A program made the translations under genes and the position numbers. Below, one piece after another: positions 47,265-58,900 of a stretch of 64,000 bases of DNA. The DNA is from an uncultured virus (IMG/VR IMGVR_UViG_3300044707_000881) (taxonomy: Duplodnaviria; Heunggongvirae; Uroviricota; Caudoviricetes). The stretch lies in IMG/VR virus record IMGVR_UViG_3300044707_000881, one strand, 5' to 3'. The notes under the pieces are model-generated. The model saw nothing but the letters and a program-made list of their open reading frames with translations. It was not told the origin of the DNA and searched no databases. Each line of letters opens with the position of its first letter. The first letter of the stretch is position 1.

Positions 47265-49529
47265 ATGCCGAAAAAACAATTTAAAGGATTTGGTGGTAGT
47301 GGGGGCCGTAAAAAATCCCCACCCAAGCCGACAGAAACAGCTATATCAGGGCGTTCCGTGTCTAACGCTGCAATGCTGGGGATTGTGTCAGAAGGGGAAA
47401 TTGAGGGACTGGTTAACGGGCTGCAATCCGTCTATTTCGATGAAACTCCAGTGCAAAATGCCGATGGTTCGCTCAACTTCCAGGATTTTGGCTGGGACTG
47501 GCGACCCGGAACACAGGCACAGGGAAGAATGCCGGGTTTTGGGGATGAGGTCACTAGCGAAACCAGTGTTGCTACTGAGGTTAAGAACAACCTTCCCATC
47601 ACTCGCACCATCGCTAATGGAAATTTAGATATTATTAGAATCCGCCTGGGCGTGGTGCTTCAGGAATACCCCCCAGACGGCGGGGTTTTGGGCTTAAATG
47701 TAACTTTTAGGATTTACCTAAAACAAGGTGCGGGGGCGTTCTATCTAGCTTATGAGGGCAACTTAGGCGGACGCTTTGCAACCCTTACAGAATTTGAATA
47801 TGCTTTTGCGGTCAATAATGTCGGTGGCACAGTAACAGATTTTAGCGTCAGAGTTGAGCGAGTAACGCCCCAAGATACCGACTCTACAAGGTATCAGCGA
47901 GTTTTAACATGGCGCTCATTTACTGAAGTCACGGAAACTAAACTCAAATACCCTAATAGCGCGATGTTTGGGTTCAGATTTGATGCTGCACAATTCCAAG
48001 ACACGCCGCAAATATCCCTAAGGTTGGCAGGGCGGAAAATTCAGATACCATCAAATGCCACCCCAACAGGTACAAGGGGACTGACGTATAGCGGAACTTG
48101 GAACGGAACATTTTACACCCCATCAGTGGCAGTGGCAGATCCGGCGTGGATACTCTATGACCTGATCACTAACACCCGCTATGGACTTGGCAGGTATATT
48201 AATCAATCCCAAATTGATAAATGGGCATTGTATGAGATTAGCCAATATTGCAATGAGTACGTCCCCAATGGATATGGAGGTACGGAACATCGTTTTCAAT
48301 GCCACTTATTACTAGAGGGCAAAGAGGAAGCGTATAAGGTTATTCAACAGTTTCTATCAGTGTTTCGTGGTTTCAGCTATTGGATGAATGGAGCGATCGC
48401 CTTTGTTGCTGACAAGCCCGGATCTCCAGTAGCACAATTTACTCAAGCCGATGTAGAAGATGGGATGTTTTCATATACCCGCACAGGACTAAAAACTAGA
48501 AATACTATAGCTTTGGTAACTTGGGTGAACCCTGACGACTTTTACCGTCGGTCAGTGGAAACCATTGATGATCCCAGTGGAATAGCTAAATATGGCGTTC
48601 GGGAAATAGAAATGTCTGCTTTTGCTTGTGTGTCAAGAGGTCAAGCGCGACGGGCTGGCTATGCTGCCTTGCTCACTGACAGACTAGAACAGGAAACCGT
48701 ATCTTTCCGATGTAGAGCCTATGGTGCTTATACCAAGCCGGGTGACATTATCAGGGTGATGGACTCAAAAAGGGCTGATATCCGATACGGAGGATTGATT
48801 GCAGCAGCGACTACCACAGAAATTACCTTAGATCATGAAGTAGAGATTTTATCAGGGGAGACTTACACCCTCACGGTAATGCTTGCTGATGGGACAGTAC
48901 AGGAAAAATCCGTTACCAATTCGCCTGGACTAACTACAACGTTAACCCTTGCATCCGCTTTATCATCAGTGCCACCACCGGAAAGTAACTGGATACTGGC
49001 ATCAACCACCGTACGGCCGCAGTTATTCCGGGTTTTAAATCGCGTACCGAGTTCCGGTAGCACGGAAATGATGCACGAAATTACGGCTATTGAATACAAC
49101 CCTGCCAAATATTCTCAGATTGAAAATGGCTGGAGTCTTGAGCCATTGCCACCCCGCCGCAATCCTCCCGTTGTTGTGTCAGTTCCCAGGAATATCACCC
49201 TCAGTTACCGCGCGATTGACCTATTTGATCTCAATGCAGTCTGGGATTTTCCGCTTTTGGGAAGTGAGCGAGATCCCTATATCACAGGCTACACCATTGA
49301 ATTGCGGCTTGGCGATGACGATTTGTGGGGGAATAGCAGATTTGAAACAACTGCCTCAACGCAGTTTGCGAACATATCCGCAGGGAAATATTACGTCAGA
49401 GTCGCCGCAGTTGATCTCAATGGCAGGTCATCGCGTTGGGTAGTTTCTGACCCGATACTTCTAACGAAATACAACTGGGTAGGTATTTTCACTTCTCGAT
49501 ATGCTTCTGTATTTGCAATGGAATTTTAA
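47265..49529 (+). CDS. Lambda gpJ-like tail tip/host specificity protein
   Basis: SEGEIEG, YPNSA, DPAW.LYDL....RYG, W.LY.I..YC.E.VP.G.GG.E.RF; C-terminal Fn3-like domain. Confidence 0.92.
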   Translation: MPKKQFKGFGGSGGRKKSPPKPTETAISGRSVSNAAMLGIVSEGEIEGLVNGLQSVYFDETPVQNADGSLNFQDFGWDWRPGTQAQGRMPGFGDEVTSETSVATEVKNNLPITRTIANGNLDIIRIRLGVVLQEYPPDGGVLGLNVTFRIYLKQGAGAFYLAYEGNLGGRFATLTEFEYAFAVNNVGGTVTDFSVRVERVTPQDTDSTRYQRVLTWRSFTEVTETKLKYPNSAMFGFRFDAAQFQDTPQISLRLAGRKIQIPSNATPTGTRGLTYSGTWNGTFYTPSVAVADPAWILYDLITNTRYGLGRYINQSQIDKWALYEISQYCNEYVPNGYGGTEHRFQCHLLLEGKEEAYKVIQQFLSVFRGFSYWMNGAIAFVADKPGSPVAQFTQADVEDGMFSYTRTGLKTRNTIALVTWVNPDDFYRRSVETIDDPSGIAKYGVREIEMSAFACVSRGQARRAGYAALLTDRLEQETVSFRCRAYGAYTKPGDIIRVMDSKRADIRYGGLIAAATTTEITLDHEVEILSGETYTLTVMLADGTVQEKSVTNSPGLTTTLTLASALSSVPPPESNWILASTTVRPQLFRVLNRVPSSGSTEMMHEITAIEYNPAKYSQIENGWSLEPLPPRRNPPVVVSVPRNITLSYRAIDLFDLNAVWDFPLLGSERDPYITGYTIELRLGDDDLWGNSRFETTASTQFANISAGKYYVRVAAVDLNGRSSRWVVSDPILLTKYNWVGIFTSRYASVFAMEF

Positions 49530-49532
49530 ATT

Positions 49533-49967
49533 ATGCCCACACCACGCATTTACGTTGGGGGAGACGGAAGCCCCTATCAGCGATCGCTCACAAACTCGTC
49601 CGCAGGGACAACGGACAACCCCGATGTTGCTCATTTTGCGCTGAATTACTCAGAAGAAAGTCCGATTACTGGGGCAACAATGCCGGCTGGGGGGATAGGA
49701 GCAATCGGTTGGTTGTCAGCGATTTGGAGACAGTTATCGGGAAATCAACGAACTCCAGGCTTTCTTAGCACAACTACCACAGGCACGGTAACAGCAGGGG
49801 CTAAATCTGTGATTATTAAAAACGTTGGTGGTGCAGTGGGAACGGTTTTGACAGTCAACCTGCCAGTAGGGGAAACTCTTAACTTTGCAACTGCCGGAAA
49901 CGACACTCTTGGGGCGATCGCTTACAACGCCACCGGAACAACTTTTCTGATCTCAGAGGTTCGATGA
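49533..49967 (+). CDS. Putative tail-associated structural protein
   Basis: G/T-rich beta composition; in tail operon. Confidence 0.55.
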   Translation: MPTPRIYVGGDGSPYQRSLTNSSAGTTDNPDVAHFALNYSEESPITGATMPAGGIGAIGWLSAIWRQLSGNQRTPGFLSTTTTGTVTAGAKSVIIKNVGGAVGTVLTVNLPVGETLNFATAGNDTLGAIAYNATGTTFLISEVR

Positions 49968-51343
49968 TGACGAACTATGATTACATTAATTTTAGTTGTA
50001 CATTGTCCGGTGTTTACGGCTCACCGGGGCTTTATGCAACTTTGGCTGATTGCGAAAACGCCGTAAATGATGGCAGTGTAAAGCCTGTTTTAATCCTGAA
50101 TCCGTTGTGGAGTGCGTCTAAAAAAGCGTCACTTCCACTATTGATAAATAAATTGGGTGACGGGTATCAACAAATTGTTTTTCAGGGCGTTGATCTCATC
50201 AATGAAGAATGGTCTATAACTTCGCCTGTTTTGATAGGGACAGAAGTAGATGAATTACTAAATCAATTACGAAGTCTCTGTACAATTTCGTTTTTCTGGA
50301 GTCCCAATAACGGTGTAATTGATTATCGGGAGTTTGTCTGTGATGAATGGCAAAAAATACGGGTTGGGGTAAATCAATATCAGCTTACAACAACATTTAG
50401 GAAAATTGGGGGCAAGAAAGATCGGTTTTTGAATTTGTTAATCCCTTCCTATATCATTGTTTGTCCTCCTACTGCTGGGTTTAAATTAGGCGGAACTATT
50501 GAAAGTGATGCTACACAATTCAAGTGGGAGCAAATAGCAGGAAATAAAACGGTATTATTTGATAATAATACGATCAAAGAGCCTACTATATTTATTCAAT
50601 CAACCTGTTATACCACTGGGTGTGATGACGGTACTGGATTACCTATTATTCTTAGGGTTAGTTTAGCAAGTAATCCTGGTATTTATTGGGATATTATTGT
50701 TTACAATACTCTCACCTCCACATACTTTGGCAACTCTGTAAGTCAAGGGGTATTGAGCGATAGAGTATGTCAGAAGGTTACTTTCTTTCCTGCACCGTTG
50801 TACCCCCAAAAAGCTTACTGCGGAGAAGAAGGCACTCTTATATCTGTTCACTGGAATCCCCCTAGCTGTGAAAGTCAATTTGTAATTGGTTATAGCTTAG
50901 TTGCCAATACAACTGGTAGTTATATTGAAGTTGACTATGTAGATGTTAGTGAAGAAAGAACTTTCTTTTTAGAGTTCAATAAACATTATAAAATAGTAAC
51001 TGTATTTAGTTTCTATGGAAAAATAGTCAGAACTCCATCAGATATCATTTACTTGTCAACAAGTGAAACACAGCATTTCTTATTTGGTGATGATACTTAT
51101 AATGGATTATCTACAAATAAACTTACTGACGGTTATTCTAAGGTAAACCTTAAAGTAACTACTTACGAATACAACGATATCTATAATGGTCTTTCTATTT
51201 CTAAGCTAACTCAAGGTTACTCAAAGACAGACTTAAAAGTAACGTCTTACGAATATCAAGACAATTACACAAGTCAAATATCTATTAGTAAATTAACCAG
51301 TAGTTATGTTAAAATAAACTTAGGCGGCATTGTTATTGGCTAA
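49964..51343 (+). CDS. Tail protein with internal gpM-like domain
   Basis: KLGDGYQQ...F.W.P...FVCDEW. Confidence 0.6.
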   Translation: MMTNYDYINFSCTLSGVYGSPGLYATLADCENAVNDGSVKPVLILNPLWSASKKASLPLLINKLGDGYQQIVFQGVDLINEEWSITSPVLIGTEVDELLNQLRSLCTISFFWSPNNGVIDYREFVCDEWQKIRVGVNQYQLTTTFRKIGGKKDRFLNLLIPSYIIVCPPTAGFKLGGTIESDATQFKWEQIAGNKTVLFDNNTIKEPTIFIQSTCYTTGCDDGTGLPIILRVSLASNPGIYWDIIVYNTLTSTYFGNSVSQGVLSDRVCQKVTFFPAPLYPQKAYCGEEGTLISVHWNPPSCESQFVIGYSLVANTTGSYIEVDYVDVSEERTFFLEFNKHYKIVTVFSFYGKIVRTPSDIIYLSTSETQHFLFGDDTYNGLSTNKLTDGYSKVNLKVTTYEYNDIYNGLSISKLTQGYSKTDLKVTSYEYQDNYTSQISISKLTSSYVKINLGGIVIG

Positions 51344-51347
51344 AGAT

Positions 51348-53861
51348 ATGAAAATTACAGGTAGCGTAGAAATAAGACGGATTGATAGTGTTACTGGGAA
51401 GATTGTAGAAATAATTAAACAAAAGAATTTAATACCTGCCAACTCGTTGTTAGGGGTGTTGTCTCAAACAGCGACTAACAACTATTTTGGTGCTAGACGC
51501 ATTTCTATTTCTACTTCTACTACTGCTCCGAGTATTTTAAACTCTACATTAACTAATATTATTGCAACTGGTTATACCCCCGGCGGAGTTACCTCTCCTA
51601 CCTGGAATCCCAATATTGAGCCTCCTTTTTTGCAAATACAAAATAGAATAGACTTTACAGGGACAGCTAGAACATTTAATAGTGTTGGATTAACGGATTT
51701 GGGTACTAGCAATAATCAGGCTAATTTATCTACTACAACTTATGCTTATCTAAAACTTGATACAGTTTGTACGCAAGGGGCAACGGAGTTTTTAGATATC
51801 TTTTACAGAATCCAATTTACTAATGCTGGGGGACAAGGGTTTTTAGGTGATAGTGCTAGATATGACTTTGGAAAGAAGCTTTCATTTGCTCATAACGTAA
51901 TTAATGACCCTGGCTCAGACCCTTTTCGTCTTCATTTTCTTTACTCGTCTTTCACAAAAAAGATTGAAGCTTTAGCTTATAAGTCATTGCTTGTTTCTAA
52001 TTCAAATTTTCTTGATGGTTTAGGAGGGACAACTGTTAACACTCATTATAAATACAAGTATTCTTTGTCTTACAATAGAGATACTAAAGTTGGCAGTATT
52101 TACAATACTCTTCTGCAAGGAATAACCGAAAGAAATACTATTGATACTGCCTATAGCTCTACTTCTTTTTCTTATCCCCAAGAACCATTCCAAACAGGGT
52201 TTTGGCATAGTTCCGCAGCCCCCACACCTTTCTTTGATGCCAGCTTTGCGGGTAGTTCTAATGGTGTTCCCACACTTGCAGGAACTTGGACTGGTAAACT
52301 ACCTGAATTATTTAAACTAACTATTACCAATACGGGTGCGGTTGGTGTAGCGACCTATAAGTTATCTGTTCGTAAACACCTTGGTTTTAATGGTAGCAAC
52401 TACACCGATTTAACAGTAGGAACTCCATTTAGAAACCCTAATGCTCCAGCGCATCCCAGACATCATGGGTGGAGGAAAGAAAATAATGATTTACTCCGTT
52501 GGTCTAACACGCAGATAGTTCAATATGATGATACTGGGGTAACTTCACTTGATATATTTGACGGAACTTTCACCACTTGGGATAGTTTGTCAACTCCGGT
52601 ATTAGGTGCAACTCAAATAAGACAAGTAGCGGTAAACCCTGCAAATAATTTAATTTATGTTGCCTGTAGAAATAACGGTCTTTATATTATTAATACCAGT
52701 TTAAATACTGTCACGTTACAATTAAATAATCCTTGTTACGGGGTTGATGTAGGAAGAAATGGTAGAACTTTTGCTTTGGTTAGTGGCGGTCTTTATAGCT
52801 CTAATAATTGGGCAGTTCCTGAGACTTTTACATTTACTGGAATTAGTGACGGAAATTGGTCAAGAGTCTATTTCTTAAAAGCAGACCCTGAAAATGTTAA
52901 CGACCAAATAGCTATTGTTGCTGAGAATGCAGCTAATACAAATAGAAGAATAGTATGGTGGCAACCTTCCACACCAACGGCTGTGTTGGGCTATGAGGGA
53001 GGTGAGATAAAAAGATGGACTGCTAGTTTAGATGTTAGTGATACTGGAAGTTTTTGGGCAGCACAAACATCAAGATTTACTTACGGAACTACCACAAGAT
53101 CTGGATTGAGTTGGGTCATTCCTTGGGAAAACCTTACTCATTCTATCTTTGGTTTTGATGCTTACTACAAAGTAAGTTTCTATCTTGGGAATTTAATCAC
53201 AAATGATAGATTAGTAAGTTCGGCAAATGCTTCAGTAGTTACATACACGGCATTAGGAACTACCCCAACACTCCTACATCTAGATAGTGGAATAACTCTC
53301 TACGCATCAATGAGACAACTATTTACAGATAACGCTTATTGCTGGACTGACTACGGTTGGAATGGAAGTGCTTGGGTTGCTGGTAATGCTAATTCTAAAA
53401 CTACTCATGCGGGGGCGGAAGCATTGCTAAATGGAATTACAGTTGCCTTTACCAATGGGGCTAACCCACCGCATTTCACTTCTACTAATTATTTTACTCA
53501 GGGAATATGTTACGGCTTATGGAAGGATAATGCCACTTCCCTGGACTACTCATCTGCTTGGTACTCAATCCCAGTAATCTTTGACCAATCTGTAAGTCTG
53601 ACTATTCCTGCTACCGCGCCTTACACATTAACTTTGACTGATGCAACTACTCACCCTTCATTTATCAGGATAGAAACTGACACCCCACAATTGCATAAGC
53701 TTACAATTAATGGGACACCTGTTACACAAATCTATACTAATGGCGCAGCCCCAGCCCCAGGAGAAATTAGTATGCAATCTTCCGGGAATGGGGTGCTGAC
53801 ATTTAATGCTGCCGATGCTGGAAAAACACTTGGAGGGACTTATACGTGGCTAAAATTCTAA
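51348..53861 (+). CDS. Putative tail fibre/receptor-binding protein
   Basis: T/G/S/N-rich ~840 aa with beta-propeller-like segment. Confidence 0.6.
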   Translation: MKITGSVEIRRIDSVTGKIVEIIKQKNLIPANSLLGVLSQTATNNYFGARRISISTSTTAPSILNSTLTNIIATGYTPGGVTSPTWNPNIEPPFLQIQNRIDFTGTARTFNSVGLTDLGTSNNQANLSTTTYAYLKLDTVCTQGATEFLDIFYRIQFTNAGGQGFLGDSARYDFGKKLSFAHNVINDPGSDPFRLHFLYSSFTKKIEALAYKSLLVSNSNFLDGLGGTTVNTHYKYKYSLSYNRDTKVGSIYNTLLQGITERNTIDTAYSSTSFSYPQEPFQTGFWHSSAAPTPFFDASFAGSSNGVPTLAGTWTGKLPELFKLTITNTGAVGVATYKLSVRKHLGFNGSNYTDLTVGTPFRNPNAPAHPRHHGWRKENNDLLRWSNTQIVQYDDTGVTSLDIFDGTFTTWDSLSTPVLGATQIRQVAVNPANNLIYVACRNNGLYIINTSLNTVTLQLNNPCYGVDVGRNGRTFALVSGGLYSSNNWAVPETFTFTGISDGNWSRVYFLKADPENVNDQIAIVAENAANTNRRIVWWQPSTPTAVLGYEGGEIKRWTASLDVSDTGSFWAAQTSRFTYGTTTRSGLSWVIPWENLTHSIFGFDAYYKVSFYLGNLITNDRLVSSANASVVTYTALGTTPTLLHLDSGITLYASMRQLFTDNAYCWTDYGWNGSAWVAGNANSKTTHAGAEALLNGITVAFTNGANPPHFTSTNYFTQGICYGLWKDNATSLDYSSAWYSIPVIFDQSVSLTIPATAPYTLTLTDATTHPSFIRIETDTPQLHKLTINGTPVTQIYTNGAAPAPGEISMQSSGNGVLTFNAADAGKTLGGTYTWLKF

Positions 53862-53896
53862 AGGGGAAAACTGAAAGCAACTTATAAAAACGTCCT

Positions 53897-54610
53897 ATGC
53901 CTTTAGTTATTGCCCGTCCCTCAGTTGTCGAAACTACACTGGGGATTACCTTTCAAATTGGTGAACTTCCTACGCAAACAGTAGGCGATGTTGTTATTAG
54001 TTCTAGGACACCGACTTCCTACACAATCACCACCTCTACAACTGCATCATCTGGCGCGGAATCTATTGCTGTAGCTGCCTTGCCAGTAGCGTTGGATGCT
54101 GGGACTATCCTAACTTTCGGAAGTACCACAGTGACAGTCAGTAATCGCGCTGCTGCTGCTGCAACATCAATCCAAACCTTGCCGCTATCAGCCTCAGTTG
54201 CCAGCGCGGCAACTGCAACAACCAAAGCCCTTGTATTCGTCGCAGGGTGTACAGAGGCTACAGTCTCACCCCAGATCAAGAACTCCGACACCACTAATTA
54301 TTTAAGTGGACTGGGGATGGAGAAGGTCACGGTAGGCAACGCCAAAACAATGAACCTAAACTTTAACTTGGTTTACGGTGATTTGGGCGGTGGCATCCTT
54401 CGTAAGATTGCCTACGACAACGCTTTTGCTGGACGTGAGTTTTACTTTAGACTGGCGTTTCCAAGCGGCGAAGTTTATGAGGGTGTTGCTTTACTTGAAT
54501 CAGCATCACCTCAAAACCCAGTTCAGGAAAAACGGGCTTTTAGTTGTACCGCACAGATCCAAGGTGCTAACTATTTCTACACAGCCCCGACAGTCGTGAC
54601 TATTTCCTGA
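53897..54610 (+). CDS. Major tail tube protein
   Basis: Position before chaperone and tape measure; YFRLAFPSG..YEG.A. Confidence 0.7.
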   Translation: MPLVIARPSVVETTLGITFQIGELPTQTVGDVVISSRTPTSYTITTSTTASSGAESIAVAALPVALDAGTILTFGSTTVTVSNRAAAAATSIQTLPLSASVASAATATTKALVFVAGCTEATVSPQIKNSDTTNYLSGLGMEKVTVGNAKTMNLNFNLVYGDLGGGILRKIAYDNAFAGREFYFRLAFPSGEVYEGVALLESASPQNPVQEKRAFSCTAQIQGANYFYTAPTVVTIS

Positions 54611-54613
54611 TAG

Positions 54614-54877
54614 ATGTTATTGCATAAATGCCTCCACTCAAACGGGCATACAGTAACCTTGTTAAACTGTAAGCTGCACTCAGATCATTTGATTTGTGGT
54701 GCGGCTTATTTCACATCTGGGCTGCCTGAAATCATGCCTTTGTACAGTTTATCTGGCGAAAAAGTCAGTTTAATTGTCGTGCCAGATGCTGCTAGAAAAA
54801 GCCCAACATTTACCCGATTACTCTCACCACAAGACGATATAAGGATAGAATATGCAAAACCCTTGGGGAATCCCTGA
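54614..54877 (+). CDS. Hypothetical protein
   Basis: In tail operon. Confidence 0.5.
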   Translation: MLLHKCLHSNGHTVTLLNCKLHSDHLICGAAYFTSGLPEIMPLYSLSGEKVSLIVVPDAARKSPTFTRLLSPQDDIRIEYAKPLGNP

Positions 54878-55640
54878 AATAGTTGCTGTCGCTGGTTTTC
54901 CGCTGCCTAAAATGGGTGGACTAAACCCTGAAGAAAAAGATTATATGGCTGATAAAATCCGTAATGTGCAGTTCCAGGAAATTGCACCATTAGCAGAAAT
55001 TGCGGATATCGTTGTCGAAAAAGAGAAGATTAGTCAAACTGAAGCCGTGGCTTTAATCCGCAAAACTCTAGAAGGAAATACGGGTAAAACTGAAGAAGAA
55101 ATAGACAGATTACTTGCTTTTGCGATTGATTACCGCAATGAATTGGGGCGGATCAAAAAACCTGAAATGATGGTTGAGCGACAATCCCAAGAAGTTGCAA
55201 TTATGATTTTAAAATCACGACTTGCACCTGATTGGATATTAGCTAATATTGACAACTTAAAAGCATCTTTCCGGTGTTCACTCGATAAAGAAAAATGCTC
55301 TCAATTGATGGCAATTCCCGAAGAAAGATGGATGACCGATTTAATAAGGGATGAAGTTATTAGAGCAATTGTCCGCAAACTTCCTGAAAATCTTTACTCA
55401 CAAATTGCCTCATTTGCATTAGGTGAAGAGAGAGAATGGGCGGAATTGCCAGTATTTACCATTGAACAAGAACCAGAGGAAGTAACGCTGGGGGAGCAAT
55501 CAAAAGGCTTCGGGAATACCACGAACTCACGGAGAAAGAAAGGGAGTTCTACCGAGAAAGTTACTTTACCATCCAATACTTCGGAGTCACAGACCCCAGT
55601 TTCCACCGTCGAAGCTTCCACCGTACCCCTTGCTGGGTAA
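54852..55640 (+). CDS. Tail assembly chaperone (gpG-like)
   Basis: Between tube and tape measure; GGGGGAG slippery site at 55490. Confidence 0.7.
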   Translation: MQNPWGIPEIVAVAGFPLPKMGGLNPEEKDYMADKIRNVQFQEIAPLAEIADIVVEKEKISQTEAVALIRKTLEGNTGKTEEEIDRLLAFAIDYRNELGRIKKPEMMVERQSQEVAIMILKSRLAPDWILANIDNLKASFRCSLDKEKCSQLMAIPEERWMTDLIRDEVIRAIVRKLPENLYSQIASFALGEEREWAELPVFTIEQEPEEVTLGEQSKGFGNTTNSRRKKGSSTEKVTLPSNTSESQTPVSTVEASTVPLAG

Positions 55641-55918
55641 TCAGGGAAATGGTAGAGAGTTTGTACCGTCAATATAAATTGCATACCAATTTAGAATCGA
55701 GTGCGATCGCTAAGATAGGCGCGTCATTCTCTGAAAAGGCTACTTTACAAGACTTTTTACCATTCCCGGATACAGACCAGGGGCAAAAGCAGAAAATACC
55801 AATGTCACGGGAGACAGCACAAATCTATATTGAGTTGCGAGATATTGGCGTTCTTCCTCTCCGTGTACTTGGGGCATTTGCAGATATTGAGGGAGAGATT
55901 GAAAAGTTAGTTAAATAG
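55490..55918 (+). CDS. -1 frame extension of tail chaperone (gpT-like)
   Basis: -1 frame is open from 55466 to 55918 and includes ORF 55649. Confidence 0.65.
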   Translation, partial: GGAIKRLREYHELTEKEREFYRESYFTIQYFGVTDPSFHRRSFHRTPCWVIREMVESLYRQYKLHTNLESSAIAKIGASFSEKATLQDFLPFPDTDQGQKQKIPMSRETAQIYIELRDIGVLPLRVLGAFADIEGEIEKLVK

Positions 55919-55959
55919 CGTGTTGGGGAAAATTACCACTAACGCCATCCCCAACCGCT

Positions 55960-58900
55960 ATGACATCCCTCGGTACTCTCGAACTACAGTTGACGGCCAA
56001 CCAAGCCGCACTATACCAACAATTAAATCAAACCAAGGCTTACGCCACACAAGTCGCCAAGGATATCGAGAAACTGATAAATCAAGCCTTTGGTAGTGTC
56101 GGGGGGCAGAATAATTTAGCAGGGTTAAACCAAGCAACTGCTCAAGCTGCGAGCGCTGGACAAGCCGCTGGTAGAACTTTCACAGATAGATTCAAGAACG
56201 CAGTTGAGCCGATTAAGGGCATTTTAAGCAGCGTCTTTAACGGTGTTTTTGTTGGGGCGGGAATCGGGGCGTTTAACTCAATTACTGGTGTAGTTGGTTC
56301 AGCGTTGGGTGCGGTTCAACAATTCGCGGGTGAGATATTTAATGTTACTAAGGATTTTCAGGGGTTTGAAGCTTCGCTAAAAACCTTTCTTAGAGGCAAT
56401 CAACAGGAAATTGATAAATTTGTCAGCAGTTTAGAAAAGTTTGCAGCTACCACGCCGTATGAGCTAAAGGATTTACAGCAAGCAGCAATCCAAAACTTAG
56501 CAACCGGTGCAAAACCAGATCAGATTATCAAAGACCTCAAAACCATTGGTGATGTCGCCGCAGGTGCTAACGCCAGACTTGGCGACTTGATGGAAGTTTA
56601 CGCCAAATCACGGACTGAGGGGAAATTACAGAATGAAGACATTGACCAATTTACAGGGCGCGGGGTGCAGCTTCGGGCTGAACTTGCCAAAATGCTAGGG
56701 GCAAAGGAATCTGAAATTAGACAACTGGCCACAGACGGAAAACTAGAATTTCGTCACCTTGAGGAAGCTTTACGCCGCATGAGTGCTGAGGGCGGGGCGT
56801 ATTTTGGGGCAATGGAGAATAAAGCCAAAACCTTAGAAGGCCGTCTATCCAACGTCCAAGATACTTTTTATCAGTTCCAGAAATCTATCGGCGTGGCATT
56901 TGAGCCGATCATGAATTTCATTGTCCAGACATTTGGTGATATTGTGTCTGGCTTGACATCTTCTAACGGAATCATGAAGGATGTCCGCAAAGAATCTGAG
57001 AAATTAGTCGAAACTTTTAAAGCTAATCCGCAGTTGGTTCAATCCCTAAATGAAGCTATTCAAGAGTTAGTAGCAGGTGGGTTTAAATTATTATTAGACG
57101 GGATAACAAGTTTCACTAAATATTTAGAAACTAACCCGAATATTATCAGGGATATGTCTACTGCCTTTAATGATTTTTGGTCAGTAGTTAAGGGCGTTTT
57201 TGACGGATTAAAATTTATTTTTGATGGTATTAATTTTGTTGTTGGTGGCATCCAAGCAGGTGCTAGAGGTGCGGCGGATATTTGGGTTGCCAGTGAATCA
57301 ACTTTAAGTAATCTCTGGGAAATAACAAAAGGCATAGCCAAAGCCGTAGGGGATTATTTAGTTTTTGAATGGAATGTAGTAACTGGCGTAATTAAAACCA
57401 TAATTAAGTTAATTCAAGACTTATTTAATGGAGTTGTAAATCTCGCAACTAACGGGATTAATCTATTCACCAAAGGACTACAAAACGCAGTATCAATTAC
57501 ACAGAATATTGGTAAAAATATTAGCGGTTGGGCTTCAAGTATTGGTAGTGCTATTCAAAAAGCTGGGGAGTTTGCAAATCAGGGAATACCGGGAATTGGC
57601 AGTGCATTCGAGAAGGTAACTAAAAAGGCTGAGGAATTTTGGAAATGGGCGACGGGACAAAATCAGCAGGCAGTATCAACGCCACAGGCACAACCCCAAC
57701 CAGGTAATAACAGTAGCGGAATTGTAGGTAATATTGTTCAAGGTGTAGAGGGCTTTTTTAGCGGTGGCAATGCCATTAATCAGCGTAAATACAGAATTGT
57801 CGAAAGAGTTGGCAGCAGGATGGAGAATGTTGGAAAATATGAAGATTTAGCACCTCATCACCCTTCAGTAGTTGCCCGTGGGGGACACAAAGACAGACCC
57901 TATGGAATGGTCGAGGGCAGGAAAGAAGAACTAAACCCGTTAAACAGAAGCTTGATCAAAAAGGATTTCGTTCTGATTGATTCCCAGGGTAAGCAGTACG
58001 GAGTTCCTGTTCCCAGTCCGGTCGCTGGCTACGCTGGCAAAGTCGGACAGGGTTGGGGCGCGGTTAATCTGTATGCTGACAAGGGCATGACTAAACTGAT
58101 AGCCCAGGTCGGACATATGATTGACTTACAGGTTAAGAATGGGCAATTAATCCAATACGGTCAAACCTTGGGGATGCAAGCGGGGATGGGGAAAAAGGGA
58201 TCTCGTACTTACGGAACTCACGTTGATATGTCCGCAGATCCCGAAACCTACAGAAAATATATAAGGGATTTACAGGCTGGGGTTTTCAAAAGCGAGGGAC
58301 AGAACCCTTTCCAACAAGGTGTCAATGCTGTAAAACAATTATTTACCCCAGTCCAAAATGCACTACCCACAGGCGCGGGTTTGTCATCTCGCACTGCCAA
58401 TATTGTGCGTGGCAAGAATGAGGGGATTTTCGGTAAAGCAGGTATAACAGATAGTTTAGTGGAATTAGTTAAGCGGTCTGAAGATTTTGAAGCTACACCA
58501 TATTTTGATCGCACTCAATACTCGGTTGGTTTCGGAACTAAGGCTAAATCAACAGGGGAGAGGTTGACGGTTGAAGAGGCGAACCAACGGCTATTGGAGG
58601 AGCTACTTTACAAACGCTCTCGCGTCTCCAAAATGGTCAAAGTGCCTATCAATAATAATCAACTAGATGCTTTGACCTCATTTGCTTTTAACGTCGGTGA
58701 AGGGGCATTAGGAGAAAGTACCCTACTCAAAAAACTAAACTCTGGGGATTATGCAGGGGCGGCTAAAGAGTTTCTGAGATGGAATAAAGGTGAGTATCGC
58801 GGAGTTAAGCAGGTTTTACCAGGGCTAACTAAGCGGCGTAATTCTGAGATGCAATTATTTCTGAGTCAGGGACAATCAGCGTCCTCCCCGTCTATTAGTC

